A program made the translations under genes and the position numbers. A stretch of 64,000 bases of DNA, taken from assembly GCA_010093815.1 (NCBI GenBank), contig ML996577.1, one strand, 5' to 3'. The notes beneath the pieces are model-generated. The model worked only from the letters and a program-made list of their open reading frames with translations. It did no database searches and was not told the DNA's origin. Numbering within the stretch: position 1 is the first letter of the stretch; each line of letters starts with the position of its first letter. The DNA is from Pseudovirgaria hyperparasitica. Taxonomy: Eukaryota. Below are positions 24,746 to 36,594 of this stretch, piece after piece.

Positions 24746-26572
24746 ATGTCCGACCCCGAGCCGTCTCTTACCGCCCGCCTGTCCGGCATGAATCCATTCT
24801 CAAAAGCCAGGTGCAGCAAGGTCGACGACGACACCACGGGCGAGCAGCTCGACCCTCATGCCATCGCCGGCGGCGGCCATGCTGCCAGGGAGACTCTCAT
24901 CACCAAGAACCAGCTACGCGTCAGCCCGGCCCTGCGCTCGTTTCTGGTCAACAAAGGGGTCTTGTCGGCCAGCGACGCCGGACTGGACGACGGCAATGAC
25001 GAAATAACCCCAGCGCTCCGTGCCCTGCTGGATAAGCCGCATGTCAAGGTCCCCCCGGAACTGATAGATCGCTCCCATCGCCTGCCGGAGTACTTCATCA
25101 GCTCCAGCCACAACACATATCTGATCGCCCACCAGCTGTACGGATCATCATCCGCCGCAGCATACGAGGTCGCGCTCAACACTGGCTCGCGTTGCGTCGA
25201 GATCGACGCCTGGGACAACGACGACAACAAAGACGAGCCCAAAGTCACGCACGGCTACACCCTCGTCTCCCATGTGTCCTTCCGCGCCGTCTGCGAGACG
25301 ATCCGTGACGTCGTCGACAAAGAAGCAAAGGAGAGCGCAAACGCCCAGGGCCACTCCGCCGCCCCAATCTTCCTGAGTCTCGAGAACCACTGCGGTCCGC
25401 ATGGCCAGCTCCGCCTCGTGCAGATCATGCAAGACGTTTGGGGCGACCGCCTCCTGAGCAAACACGTCCGCGAGAAAGGCCACGAGGAGCAAGGCGGCGG
25501 CGAACACGTAACTCTCGCCGAGCTAGGCTCCAAGATCTGCGTAATCGTAGAGCACCACATCCCCAACGAAGCCGCCGACTCGGACACCTCCTCCTCCTCC
25601 TCCTCCTCCTCCGAAGACGAAGCCGACAAAGCCGCCCGCCACCAGTACGCAAAAGCCAAGCAAGACGCCCCCGTCTCCCTCATCATCCCCGAGCTCGCCG
25701 CAATAGGCGTCTACGCCCAGTCCGTCAAGCCCGCAGACAACTCCTGGTTCGAGCAATCCCTCACCAACGCGCCCCACCACCACCTCATCAACGTCTCCGA
25801 ATCCGCCCTCGCCGCCCACCTGCCCGCCCACGCCGCCGCCATCGCCTCCCACAACGCCCACCACCTCATGCGCGTCTACCCAAAGGGCTCCCGCATCTCC
25901 TCCCGCAACCTCTCCCCCGTGCCCTTCTGGGCCGTCGGCGCCCAGATCTGCGCCCTGAACTGGCAGTCCTTTGACGCGGCTATGCAGCTTAACGGGGCCC
26001 TCTTTGCCGGCACTGACGGATTCGTCCTCAAACCTGCTGCCCTGCGCGCCGGCGGACACGCTGTCTTGGCGTCTGCCGATGCCGATGCTTCTCCCCGCAT
26101 CAAGACCCTCCGTCTCCACGTCGCCGGCGCATCAGACGTCCCCGTCCCCTCCGACCGCGACCCAGACGACCCCATCAAACCCTACCTCACCGCCACCCTG
26201 CACATCCCCCCAACCACCACCAACCCCAACTCACCCCCACAAAAACGCAAAACATCCCCCTACAAACACCACAACCTCCCCCTCCTGCACCACCACAGCC
26301 ACGGCCATGGCGCCCGCACCAACCCGCCCGCCACCGACCCCCTCTGGAACGAAGTCCTAGAGTGGCAATACCCAGCCGAGAGCGAGGAAATGGCGTTTGT
26401 GCGGCTGTTGGTCAAGTCGGATGATCGGTTCAAGGGGAATGCGAAGTTGTGTGTTGCTGCGGTTAGGGTGGCGTATGTTGGGGGCCAGGGGTGGGTGGTT
26501 GTGCGGATGGTGGGTTTGGGGGGCGGGGACAGTGGGTGTGGGGTTTTGGTTAGGTGGGAGGTGGTTGGGTGA
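24746..26572 (+). CDS. Phosphoinositide-specific phospholipase C (X, Y and C2 domains; short form with no recognisable PH domain), intronless
   Basis: X box EYFISSSHNTYL..SRCVEIDAWD..THGYTL..LSLENHC; Y box RVYPKGSRISSRN..W..GAQICALNWQSFD..MQLN..GFVLKP; C2-like PLWNE...FVRLLVKSDD. Confidence 0.93.
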   Translation: MSDPEPSLTARLSGMNPFSKARCSKVDDDTTGEQLDPHAIAGGGHAARETLITKNQLRVSPALRSFLVNKGVLSASDAGLDDGNDEITPALRALLDKPHVKVPPELIDRSHRLPEYFISSSHNTYLIAHQLYGSSSAAAYEVALNTGSRCVEIDAWDNDDNKDEPKVTHGYTLVSHVSFRAVCETIRDVVDKEAKESANAQGHSAAPIFLSLENHCGPHGQLRLVQIMQDVWGDRLLSKHVREKGHEEQGGGEHVTLAELGSKICVIVEHHIPNEAADSDTSSSSSSSSEDEADKAARHQYAKAKQDAPVSLIIPELAAIGVYAQSVKPADNSWFEQSLTNAPHHHLINVSESALAAHLPAHAAAIASHNAHHLMRVYPKGSRISSRNLSPVPFWAVGAQICALNWQSFDAAMQLNGALFAGTDGFVLKPAALRAGGHAVLASADADASPRIKTLRLHVAGASDVPVPSDRDPDDPIKPYLTATLHIPPTTTNPNSPPQKRKTSPYKHHNLPLLHHHSHGHGARTNPPATDPLWNEVLEWQYPAESEEMAFVRLLVKSDDRFKGNAKLCVAAVRVAYVGGQGWVVVRMVGLGGGDSGCGVLVRWEVVG

Positions 26573-27263
26573 GGGGGCAGAGGGTGAAAGTGGGAGGGTG
26601 GATGGGTTAAAGGGTTATGGGTTGAAGGGGAATTGGGTTAAAGGGGGTTTGAGAGTTGAGAGTTGAGGGTTGGGGGTTAGATGAGAGGGTAGATGAAAAG
26701 GGGGTTCAGGGGCTCAGGGGTACGGCGTGTGGAACACGATGCTCGTATACCACCTTCTCCTACTCCATTCCCTGAATATAGCTTTTATGATACCTCATAC
26801 GATACTTAACGTATCTATTTAAGCGCCATCACTCCTAGTCTACCACCACTACCATGATAATCCCGGCATATAAACATACTAGGCAGTATACTGTCTAGCA
26901 GCTCGCGCTTATATGCCTGCCGCTGAAATGTTTCTTTGAGGTCTGGGTTGGGTTTGTGGAGTGGGGCTGTGGAGCGGTGGTATTAGAGGTTTGGAATTGA
27001 TGGATGGGATGGATAGAGATGATTGTGGTTACTGGGACTTCTGTGGTTCCTGGGATGGTATTTCTATATTACTATTTTTTGTTCTGTTCACGTCAGTGGG
27101 TCGTGGTTTGTGCGGGCTGTCGTTCTTGGAGGTTTGGTGGGTGCGGTGCTATGGTGGGCGTGGTGGGATCGGTGGTGGGTTTGGTGGTGGGTTTGGTGTC
27201 TAAGGGGGAAAGATGATGTGGGGAAGATGTGGGAGTTGAGGATGAGATGGGAGATATGGATAG

Positions 27264-27327
27264 GGGGGATGTGCTGTTTGGGGGATGTGCTGTTTGGGGG
27301 ATGTGCTGTTTGGGGGATGTGCTGTTT
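27264..27327. repeat. (GGGGGATGTGCTGTTT)x4 minisatellite
   Basis: Four 16-bp units read directly. Confidence 0.9.
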
Positions 27328-27727
27328 CCAGGACGAGTGGCATGTGATGCGCAGAGGGTATCTTGATATAGGGGCACGGATGCACAAACACGCGGACAAG
27401 CGCAAAGTAGCACGGTAGCAGTATACGGGTGCGATATCGTTGGGCCATATGCAAGCACGACACGCAATAGTTTCATCAAAGGAGTGGAAATTGTATTGTC
27501 ATGGTCTGTGTAGCTTCTGGATAAGATCTGACATGTTTGAGAGGGCATAGTTTCACTCGATGTATTCTGTTTGGAGGGTACATCATTGCACTGGATGTAT
27601 TCTAGCTGGGGGGTACATCGTGGGCATACTGAGGCCCGGGGTGTTTGATATGGAGGTAGCGACTGTGTTATGGGAACGTGCCGGGCCGGGCCGGACGGTC
27701 GTGGCTGTGGGGTGTTGTGCGTGGGAC

Positions 27728-28332
27728 TCATGCGGTCGCGGTGTGCTCTGACGTTTCTTCCTTGATGGTGGTGATATACTTATCTAGAGTGGTCCAGTCC
27801 TTAAGCAAGCCGATGTACTTATCACGAAGCATCTTAGCTACCGCATGTATTACAGTGTTTCTATCAGAGATCTCAGAATTATACCGATCACGATCCGCCG
27901 GGACACTGTTCGCCCGATCATTGGCCACCCTAACTAGTGTGTTGGGTTAGTAGAAGTGGCGATGGAACAAAGACTGCGCACTCACTTCTGCTGAGTTCTT
28001 TATAAATTAAATCGCAGTCTGAACAAGCTAGTATGTTGGGTTAGTATGAGTGTCGAGGGGACAAAGACTGCGCACTCACTTAGATCTTCCAGAACGCGTC
28101 TGGTCTCCTTGACAAGATCGAGTAGTTTTTTGAGTAGTTTTACGAAGAACAGCGCAGCTTGCCGTTCTACCGCTTCGATCGTCCTTGGTATATCTTCACC
28201 TTCCCTGAAAATTCCTGGAGGGATGACTTTGACCATTGCCAAGGTCCTCCCGAATTGAAGCTGCAGACCGCCATGTATAATAGACAGGGCTTTCTTCAAG
28301 ACCTCGTTAATCTCGACCGTATTCATCGTCAT
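27728..28332 (-). CDS. Orphan protein, three exons, two near-identical 52-nt introns (28028-28079 and 27934-27985); start uncertain
   Basis: Removing both introns fuses ORF 28000..28494 with ORF 27728..27928 in frame: ...ETRRVLEDL-TCSDCDLIYKELSR-IRVANDRANSV...TATA*. Confidence 0.7.
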
Positions 28333-29684
28333 ATCTTGTATACTCTGATATCCCGCTAAACCTGCCGAGGATTTGGTCCGTGAGGTCGAGAGTCTATCTC
28401 TTGATGGTTTATCGTGGGGAACAGGTCCTGACCGTATAGCATGCTGAGACCTTCGGCTTTTATATCTTTTCAAACAGCTCTCATATCTCGGCAAAAATAC
28501 GTTTTGCCACCACCGATGGAGAATCAGGCTCCTGCCTTATAATTCCTGTATTCAACTCGCACAAAACTTGCTTTGTTTGAGGTCATGCCGCAAAAAAGCC
28601 AACATTCTTGATACTTCCAAGCCAAACAGGGCTATCTCAATGATGATCCTTGAGAAAACTTTGTGCACAACCTGGCTCTGGGTTGTTATTCAAGGGTTTG
28701 CGCAGCACGTTCCGCATCAGACCCTTCATTCTTTGATATGAAAGGTTCAGAATCGGGGAGATAACTCGCAGTGCCATTAAAAGCAAGCTATACATTGTTT
28801 TCACTCATGCGGAGGCGAAGGTGGGGCCTCGAGCGTGAGGACTGACCTTGTGCAGTCAGCTTTTTAGTATCATCCTCGCCATCGTGGCAATCATGCTCAC
28901 GGTCTAGCAACGGTATCGATTCCTTGACTACGGACTTACTATTGTCGACATCGCAAGGAAACATTACATATTCTGACTTCGAGTCGACGTTAACTGAGCA
29001 TTCTCAGGGGCCGCGACCATAGACAATGTCATTGTATAGGTCAGTGGTTCGAGCACCCTGGGTGTCAGGGCGATGTGGTCTCTGAACACTGTGCGCTGAT
29101 AGACACGAGGGTAACCTTCTGAGTCACCAGAACGGAACCAAAGATCATTATGATCTCGGTCGACGCCTGTCCTCGACCAGGCGTGAATGCAGGCCGACGT
29201 GTCTTTTTTCCTGGTGAAATCTTGAGATCTTGCAAGAGAACTAAGCTCCCTGTCGATCAAGACAGCTTTTTGAATCTATTCTGGTTATCCTGTGTCATCT
29301 GTCGAGTGTGTGTGGACATTGAAGGGCAGAATCACGTTGATTAGTGATTTGATACTCGAAACTCAATACACCTATACGGAACGGCAGAGAGTTGGAAGCA
29401 CTCAAGACAAAACATCCGTTACCTGGGATACCTACGCGCATATAGGAGCAAGTATTCAGTGGGCAAATTACAGTCACGTGGGATGTCCGTTGCAATATTG
29501 TAAACAATGCAACAAACATAAAGTGGGGCAGATTGCCACACTTTTTCTTCACAGCAGTGACATGAAATTTCTCTGCTCAACTCCAGTCCTACAAAATCTC
29601 GTCCCACTTCAAAAACACTACCAAGCCAGCTACAACAAATTGCCCAACCCAGCATAGCAATCTAAGCAACCCCAAAACAGCCCA

Positions 29685-30893
29685 ATGCAAAAATCCCACT
29701 CACTAACCTTCCACCGCCCGAAATGTCCCTGTGCACACTACGAAGACCACCTCGAATCCGGCATCGCAAATGTCTCGCAACAGAGCCGTGAGCACATCCG
29801 ACGCGCCCGCAACGAGGCCAAGGGCGCAAAGCTCAACCCCTACGACAAAACCGCCTTTGTGAACTCGGACAAGATGTGGAATCTGCGCGATCAATGCCAG
29901 AGGTGTGGACTCGTGACCTCGCCGGTTCACATGCTCCAGGACTGTCCTTATCCGTGCGTTTACTGCGGCCATGCTCACCCGGATAGGCTCTGCGTCAACC
30001 ATCCGAGGCATTTCAGTCAGGAGTGGGCTGGTCCGTCTGGTGTTGTTGTCACGCAGCCGACTCGGGGCTTTGCTCGAGAGCGCGCTCAAACTCAGGCTCA
30101 GGCTCAAGCTCATGGACCTGCTTCGCAGCAGATGGTGCCAGCGTCAGCGTTCCCAGGCTTTTCTCTGAATCTCCCGGGCTATGCCGTTCAGCCTGGCCCA
30201 CCGCTGAGCTTCATGCCACACGCATCGGGCATGACAGACCAAACACACTGGCAGATGGCACCGCAATACCACCCCATGCTCGCCCAGCAAATGCCCCTTC
30301 CACGTCCACCACCGTCCGGGTGGTCTGCAGCTAACTATGACTTCCAAGCTCCTGCTAACTTTCAAACTCCAGCTATCCCCAAAGCCCCAGCTAACTTCAA
30401 AGCTCCAGCACGCCCCAAACCCGCGCCCGGAAGCAGGCCAAGCCAGAGCCGAAAGCGCAGCCGCCAGAGGAGAAACACGCACAAGCTCGAAAGCCGGCTC
30501 GCAGAGCAGCGGAAGCAGAAGAAAGCTAGCGCAGGCAATCGTAACCTTATTGCTCCTGGTACAAGCATCGCTGCTCATCCTAAGCCTGTGCTCGCAATCG
30601 AACAACACGTCAAGACACCAGACACACCAGGCATGCACATCAAGCCCATCAACCTAGAAACGAGTGTTCTGACAGCCAACCCCATGCCCGCACACCGCCC
30701 ACTCCAGTATCCAACCCGCGAGCCCACTCTCGCCGAACGCAGCAAGCTCCCGCTCAGGGGCCTGGACATCCCACTAACACAAGACGAGATTGAAGAGGAC
30801 GACGCCTGGTTCGGCGAATACATGGAAGGGTGTGACGACGAGGCGGGCGAGCGTGCTGGAGAAGCGGCATTTGCTGCTCTTGGTCGTGGTTAG
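29685..30893 (+). CDS. Hypothetical 402-aa protein with two CCHC-like zinc-knuckle motifs, a P/Q-rich linker and a basic patch
   Basis: Long ORF; CQRCG....VHMLQDC and CVYCGHAH....C; SRKRSRQRR. Confidence 0.6.
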   Translation: MQKSHSLTFHRPKCPCAHYEDHLESGIANVSQQSREHIRRARNEAKGAKLNPYDKTAFVNSDKMWNLRDQCQRCGLVTSPVHMLQDCPYPCVYCGHAHPDRLCVNHPRHFSQEWAGPSGVVVTQPTRGFARERAQTQAQAQAHGPASQQMVPASAFPGFSLNLPGYAVQPGPPLSFMPHASGMTDQTHWQMAPQYHPMLAQQMPLPRPPPSGWSAANYDFQAPANFQTPAIPKAPANFKAPARPKPAPGSRPSQSRKRSRQRRNTHKLESRLAEQRKQKKASAGNRNLIAPGTSIAAHPKPVLAIEQHVKTPDTPGMHIKPINLETSVLTANPMPAHRPLQYPTREPTLAERSKLPLRGLDIPLTQDEIEEDDAWFGEYMEGCDDEAGERAGEAAFAALGRG

Positions 30894-33800
30894 CTTTGCT
30901 GATTTCAAGGTGTGTGGTAGTATAGGGAGCGGCGAGATGTATGCTTCGTGGGGCTGACTGGGAGTGTGGGCCTCTTCCATGGGCTTATATCTCTGAGTGT
31001 ATGATATTTCGTTGCGATTGCGTTGGGTGTGTGTGGCTGGTTGGTTGGGGGAGACGGGCGTTTGTGTTTGTATTCGTGCATTTGTGGAAGAACTGGGTAA
31101 TATGGCGTTTCTTGGAGAGCTTTATCTGAGGATTGCGGTCTTTGGATGGTGGAGCAGAGGATGCTTTGACGGAGACTTCAAGTAAGTGTTTGGTTGAGCG
31201 GTACTCTTTACCATGGCATGTTGACACTTTGGCGTCACATTCTGCGTGGCCACATGCCCGCGTTGCACGACGCAGGAGTTTATCTTCTACTTAATGGACG
31301 TCTGGTTCACAGACGTGGCACTCCCCTGGCCCTAATACTCTTATCACGGCATAGCAATCATGCAGTCTAGCCTAGCGCGACTGAGATGCACAAGTTCTCA
31401 ATTCAATCAATGTCATATAATTCGTAACAATGATTCCCAATCATGCCTTGACTTGACCGCTTCTCAACCCGTCCCATGAGATATGTGACATATACCCCTC
31501 GAAGCGACCGATGAATCGCAGCCCTGACAGAGACACCCCATACCATCCAAGACACCGATAAATGTAGCATTTCATGATACAGCACGCACACGAAACTTTA
31601 TGAAGATGTATAACAAAAAGGGTGAACTTTCAAAACTTCGTTTTGAAGTCAACATGACCCCTCGACAATGCGCCGAATGCGCTGACTCGACGTCATATGG
31701 CGTGATGTAGGTCCTCTCACGTCTTACTTGGCGCTACGCCCAGGTCTATCCCTCCGCACGAGCGAGTCAGTCCTCCGTTCATGAGCGATTGTAGGAACAG
31801 AGAAAATTCGGGACAGCGCGGGATGACTGTTCGGCTGCGGCTGCGAGGTACACAAAGGAGACAAGTACTGGGTCTTCTAGGTTCAGGGGCTGTATTGCAC
31901 AGGGCTGAATGTTTGGTATTTTGTGTCGTGCCTGTCGTGGCGGTCCGTGGTGGCTTGTGTAGCCGTGGGAGGTAGGTAGCCAAGAGGGGGGTTCGAGCTG
32001 GAGGGGGAATGATGGACTATTGTCGGTGAATTGGGACAGCTGTACCAGATCAGAGGATGGAGTTTTTTATGAGTTGCGATATGATCATGTCGTGTATTGT
32101 GTCTAAGATGTGGTATTGAGAGGTCTGCTTCTAGGGGATATGGTGGCATTCGTCGAGGACATCATGGCTGAAGGTTTCTATTCAGAGTATCCGTTGAGTA
32201 TGGAATAGTCGCTGAAATTCGATGTGCATCGTATTGCATGACTTGCATGTAGCGTTTCGTACCTGTTGATCTTACCATCAAAACATGAATCGCAGAGACA
32301 GCGACTACAGTCGTAGCTATGTAGGTATACAATTGACACATGTACCGTTTGCATGATCGAATCGTGAACGTTGAGTTATGGTGGCTGAAGTACCATGATA
32401 AGAGGTTGTCTGAACGGTCTGGGAAACCAGCCACGAAGGTCGATGTTTCCTCGTCACGATTTCGTCGCTTTCTCGTTCAATCTCACGTTGCGATCAGTCA
32501 GGAACTCATGTCTCCAGTGTCGTACGCATCAATCGCGTACCTCGCAACACTTCAGCCGTTGGTGTAATTTGAGCTATGACCAAGTTTCATACCTGTTCAA
32601 CAACGCATGTTGCTGGAACGTCGCGGCCTGAGCACAAAGTATGCTCTAGCAATTATGTAAAGTAGTATGGGAGAATAGGCGACGGCGGCAAGTATAGAGA
32701 AGATGACGGCATGATTCACTCCTCTGATCGTAAATGAGCTTTTGTCCATGACCTCGATACTGCGGCACAGTCACCACGCTCAAGCTGAGTCGTCGTGAGA
32801 GGCTCCACAACCCCATACCCCAGGGTTCTGGAAAATCGCGCATCGAACGCGTGTAGAGCAACCCAACGCGTGGCCCCACACGCTGTGCGACAGAGCTGTG
32901 AGATTGATGTGGCATGTGATCATGCTGAACCATGTCATCCTGTCAATCCTCAAGGATCCTTGGTAGAGTGTGCTCTGTTCACTAAACGGTAGGGAACCCC
33001 TTTTCCTTGCTGCGGCTGCATGCAGCGACACAGTGTGCTACCGGAGACGAGTTGGAGATTAGCATCCGTGCTGTTGGATGCAATCGAATAAGCAAGTGCC
33101 ATTGTTGTCCATACTGCTTCCGGTCAGTGGTTGATTCAGTCCACAATGCAATTGTGGCTTGATGTTGTGAGACCTGTGCATGTCTTGTTGCATTTCTAGA
33201 GTCAGTGCCAGTCCTGTGGAACGAGTAAGGACAAGCGATATCGGCCGGTGAATGTAAGGCAGTGTGCTGTTAATCATCCCATCGACGGCATATCACACGC
33301 ATGAGCAGTCGGAAAACCCAGATAAGCGGGGAGTTTTCGAGGATTGGGCTCAGCACGAAGTCGGAGAGGGCTGACGGAAGGATACTCACGTTGGACAACA
33401 AAAGCAAGATGGAGCGTAGGCGGTCGTAAGAATAAGGATTTGTGGTACTGTTCTCGGCATGACTGCCGCGATGACAAGTTTTCCTGTGCATGACAACGGG
33501 CTAGAAATTCTTGTGGTTGACCTGACTCGTTACAGCGATTGCAGCGGTTGCAGCAGGGACCACCAAATGCTGCACAGCTTATATGGACGAAGACAAGTTG
33601 TGATGTAAGGAATGAACAAATGATGCATTACTGCATGTTGGCGCCATGTAATTCTTCTTGGGATGAATACACAATGCAGTGAGCATCCATCTAGGGCGAA
33701 TGAACCGTGACATGCCTGTAGTCCTATGCTCGAACAACGTCTGTCCTGTGGAAATCCTCGATGATGTATGAACCTTACATATTGAGCTGCCTCTAGTCGT

Positions 33801-36530
33801 ACGTTGGACAAGGGACGTGCCGTAGAACATGCAAAGGGACAGCCTGCTCGTGTTCTCTAGGTCTCTGCCCCTGTTTCTAGAAGCTCTCATGTGACTGAGA
33901 GCTTTCGCGGTATAGGGTGTGATAGGCACGAGGAACAGTCTGAAAGAGTCTTTACAGGGCTGAAGCGATGTATGTAGCTAGGACGGGTGAGCGGCTGTGT
34001 CGTATAGCGTTGACGATCAGTCCGCTTCGAGCGGCACTTGAGACATCAGTCAATGTTTGTTGCCTTTTTTGACAGGTATCCTATTCCATGTATCCTATTC
34101 GCACAAACGCTTGCGACAAGCAGGTATCCACTCGCGCGTAGCACAGGCTTCTTTGAGAAGCACAGGAGTGCCTGGGCTGAGATCTCGCGCCGCGCTTACA
34201 ACGGCATCTGATCACAGGATGAACATCCGGTAGTGTCAGGCCATCAAAGTGTTTGGCTACAGATCATGACATGTTGTCGAACAACTGGGTTACCAATTAC
34301 CAATGGACCACGATTTTTTGTAAATTCGCACAGTCATGAGCTACGATGTTGAGGCGTATCCTGGTCACCTGGCATTTCTAGTGTTGGACTGAACGACCAG
34401 AGATCATAGACTCGGATGTGGCTTGTATTACGCAAATACATCCTGAAGTCCGAAAACGGCGCAGGCCTCGAAGCACGAAGCTTTCAATGCTGACGTACAC
34501 GCCGCAAGACTGAAGAAATTGCAAAGACAAACAGCGGTGGTGAAAATATAGTAGTGTGGATTTGGATGCTAAGTTAGTGTCCGACTAGATGGATCTGGAG
34601 TGTCTCCATCCAGCATGCCGGCACCACATGGCAAGTCAAGCGGTCGGTGATGCGCTTGGTTTAGTTGGCCACACTGGGAGGGAAACCCGAGACATGAATC
34701 GGGATCGCGGTTAGATGGCCAATGATGGCGTGAAACAGAAATCTAGACGTGTCGGAATAGACAGGCAGGGAGCAGAATGCTAAGGTCAGTGGAGATGGAC
34801 ATGAGGCTATCGACGTTTTCCCCGAATTCTCCAGTTAGGGTGGGCCTTGGGGTGAGATGCAGACCGGGACAAAAGTACGGCTGGAGAGCTTCAGCCAGGG
34901 CTCCACCTCCACAAAGCGGAGAGTTGAGTAAGTAGCACGGAGAGTTTCATGTGTGACTACTAGCTGCTGGGCTGAACGAGCCAAAGAGGTTGTGTCGTGA
35001 GCGTTGAGTTGCGAGGAGGTTACGAAAGGATCTCACTGTGTCAACACGCCGTATCCAGATTCAGTGCTACAGAAGGCTTCTAGAAGACACCCGGCATGGT
35101 AGCGTAGCAACCTCGTGCTGAGTTGCATTCGAGGGGACCATAGGCGGATTGTGGCTTTAGCGGTAAGCTGGCGGCGGATGACGATAGGGCCGACAACGTT
35201 GCCGATGCAAAAACTCTGCTCTTTCAAGTCGAGCCGACCACAGAGGACGATGAAGACGAGAGTGAAGAGGAAGATGGAATAGTGGTGGCGTTGACGCTAA
35301 TTCATTGAAGGATATGTCCCCGGGTGGGTCAATAAAATGTGGAATGGAGTGGAGACGTCAGAAATGGACCATGTCACTATCTAGGGCTCGTCCGAGACAC
35401 CATGACCAGACACATTTTTGTCATGTCCCAAAGGAAAGCGAACAGGGCACGAGAAATCGGGTTTTCCTTTGCCTTGCTGGCTGGCGACTTCCGACGCGCG
35501 CGTTGGAAGAAGATGATTTGACGGACGGGACATCATGCGCAAATTGAGAAAAACAGGGTCCAGGACCAACGTGCGCTAAGGATCTGATGGAATCTGGATG
35601 GACAGGTAGTGTTGCAGATGCAGATGAGCCATTCACCCAGCATCTCGCGCCTGTAGATCATACTGTTGCTCTTGACCGTCGCAGAGAGAGTTCAAGCGTG
35701 ATCGGGACCAGTTGGACAATTTAGAGCAAAGGTGAGCAACAGCAGTCTGATTCGCGATGAATACGGGCAAGCTGTAGTCAAGTGGTGGTACTAGACACGG
35801 CCCCGTCAAGCCATGTTCACAAAAATTGCGGAGATGGAACAACAAGCTCTGTGGGGTTGGTGCCGATGACCGACATCAACAAAAAATCAAGCTCTTCATA
35901 TGGTTCATGGCGTTCGAGTCGGCTGATGCTTGGCTTGACTTTAGTAATGGGATGAAGGCTCTGCACAATTGAAGTATTCGATTCTTCAAGACTCGAGAGC
36001 ATATCAAGTCAAATCGGGAAGGCGACAGTGAACCAATCGAAGCAATAAAAGGACGTTTCCAGCATCCGGGTCAGACGTGGGTGTGGCAATGGATGCGGAT
36101 GATTGAACGATGGGCACAGCCAGATTTCCTCCCCAGCGAGTATTACCTTAGCATCGACCAGACCAAGTAAGAAACGGCACGAGACAGCCAGGGCCAGTGC
36201 CTGCAAGCAGTTAGCGACGAGCGGCGGTCGGGGACACAACTGATGCGCCAGGGCCAGGGCCAGGGCCAGGATCAGGACTCCGGCTAGGTGTCTCCTTCAT
36301 CTTCCTACTTCTGCTTGTCCTTGTCATTGTGCTCGTGCTCGTGCTGCTGTTCTGGAGACAGTCGTGGCAGTGTTCGATGAATGAGGAGGCGTGGGCAGAT
36401 GGCAGACGTCGCATCAGTAGCCGGCGTGGAAGTCTAACAGAGTCAACAACAAGCAAGTGATTAGAGAGAAAAAGGACGACTCACGCGTGAGAACCCCGTC
36501 TCATGACACAAAGGCAATAATCAGTCCTTA

Positions 36531-36594
36531 CTCCAGACTCACCCGGTTCCGACTCCAGACTCCAGACTCCAGACTCCAGAGTTCCGACTCCAGA
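36531..36594. repeat. CTCCAGA cluster (6 copies, 4 in tandem) upstream of the second sugar porter
   Basis: Copies at 36531, 36553-36580 and 36588. Confidence 0.9.

Noticed and set aside
29005..29070. GGTTCGA T-loop-like motif suggesting a tRNA
   Set aside because: Could not build acceptor, D or anticodon stems
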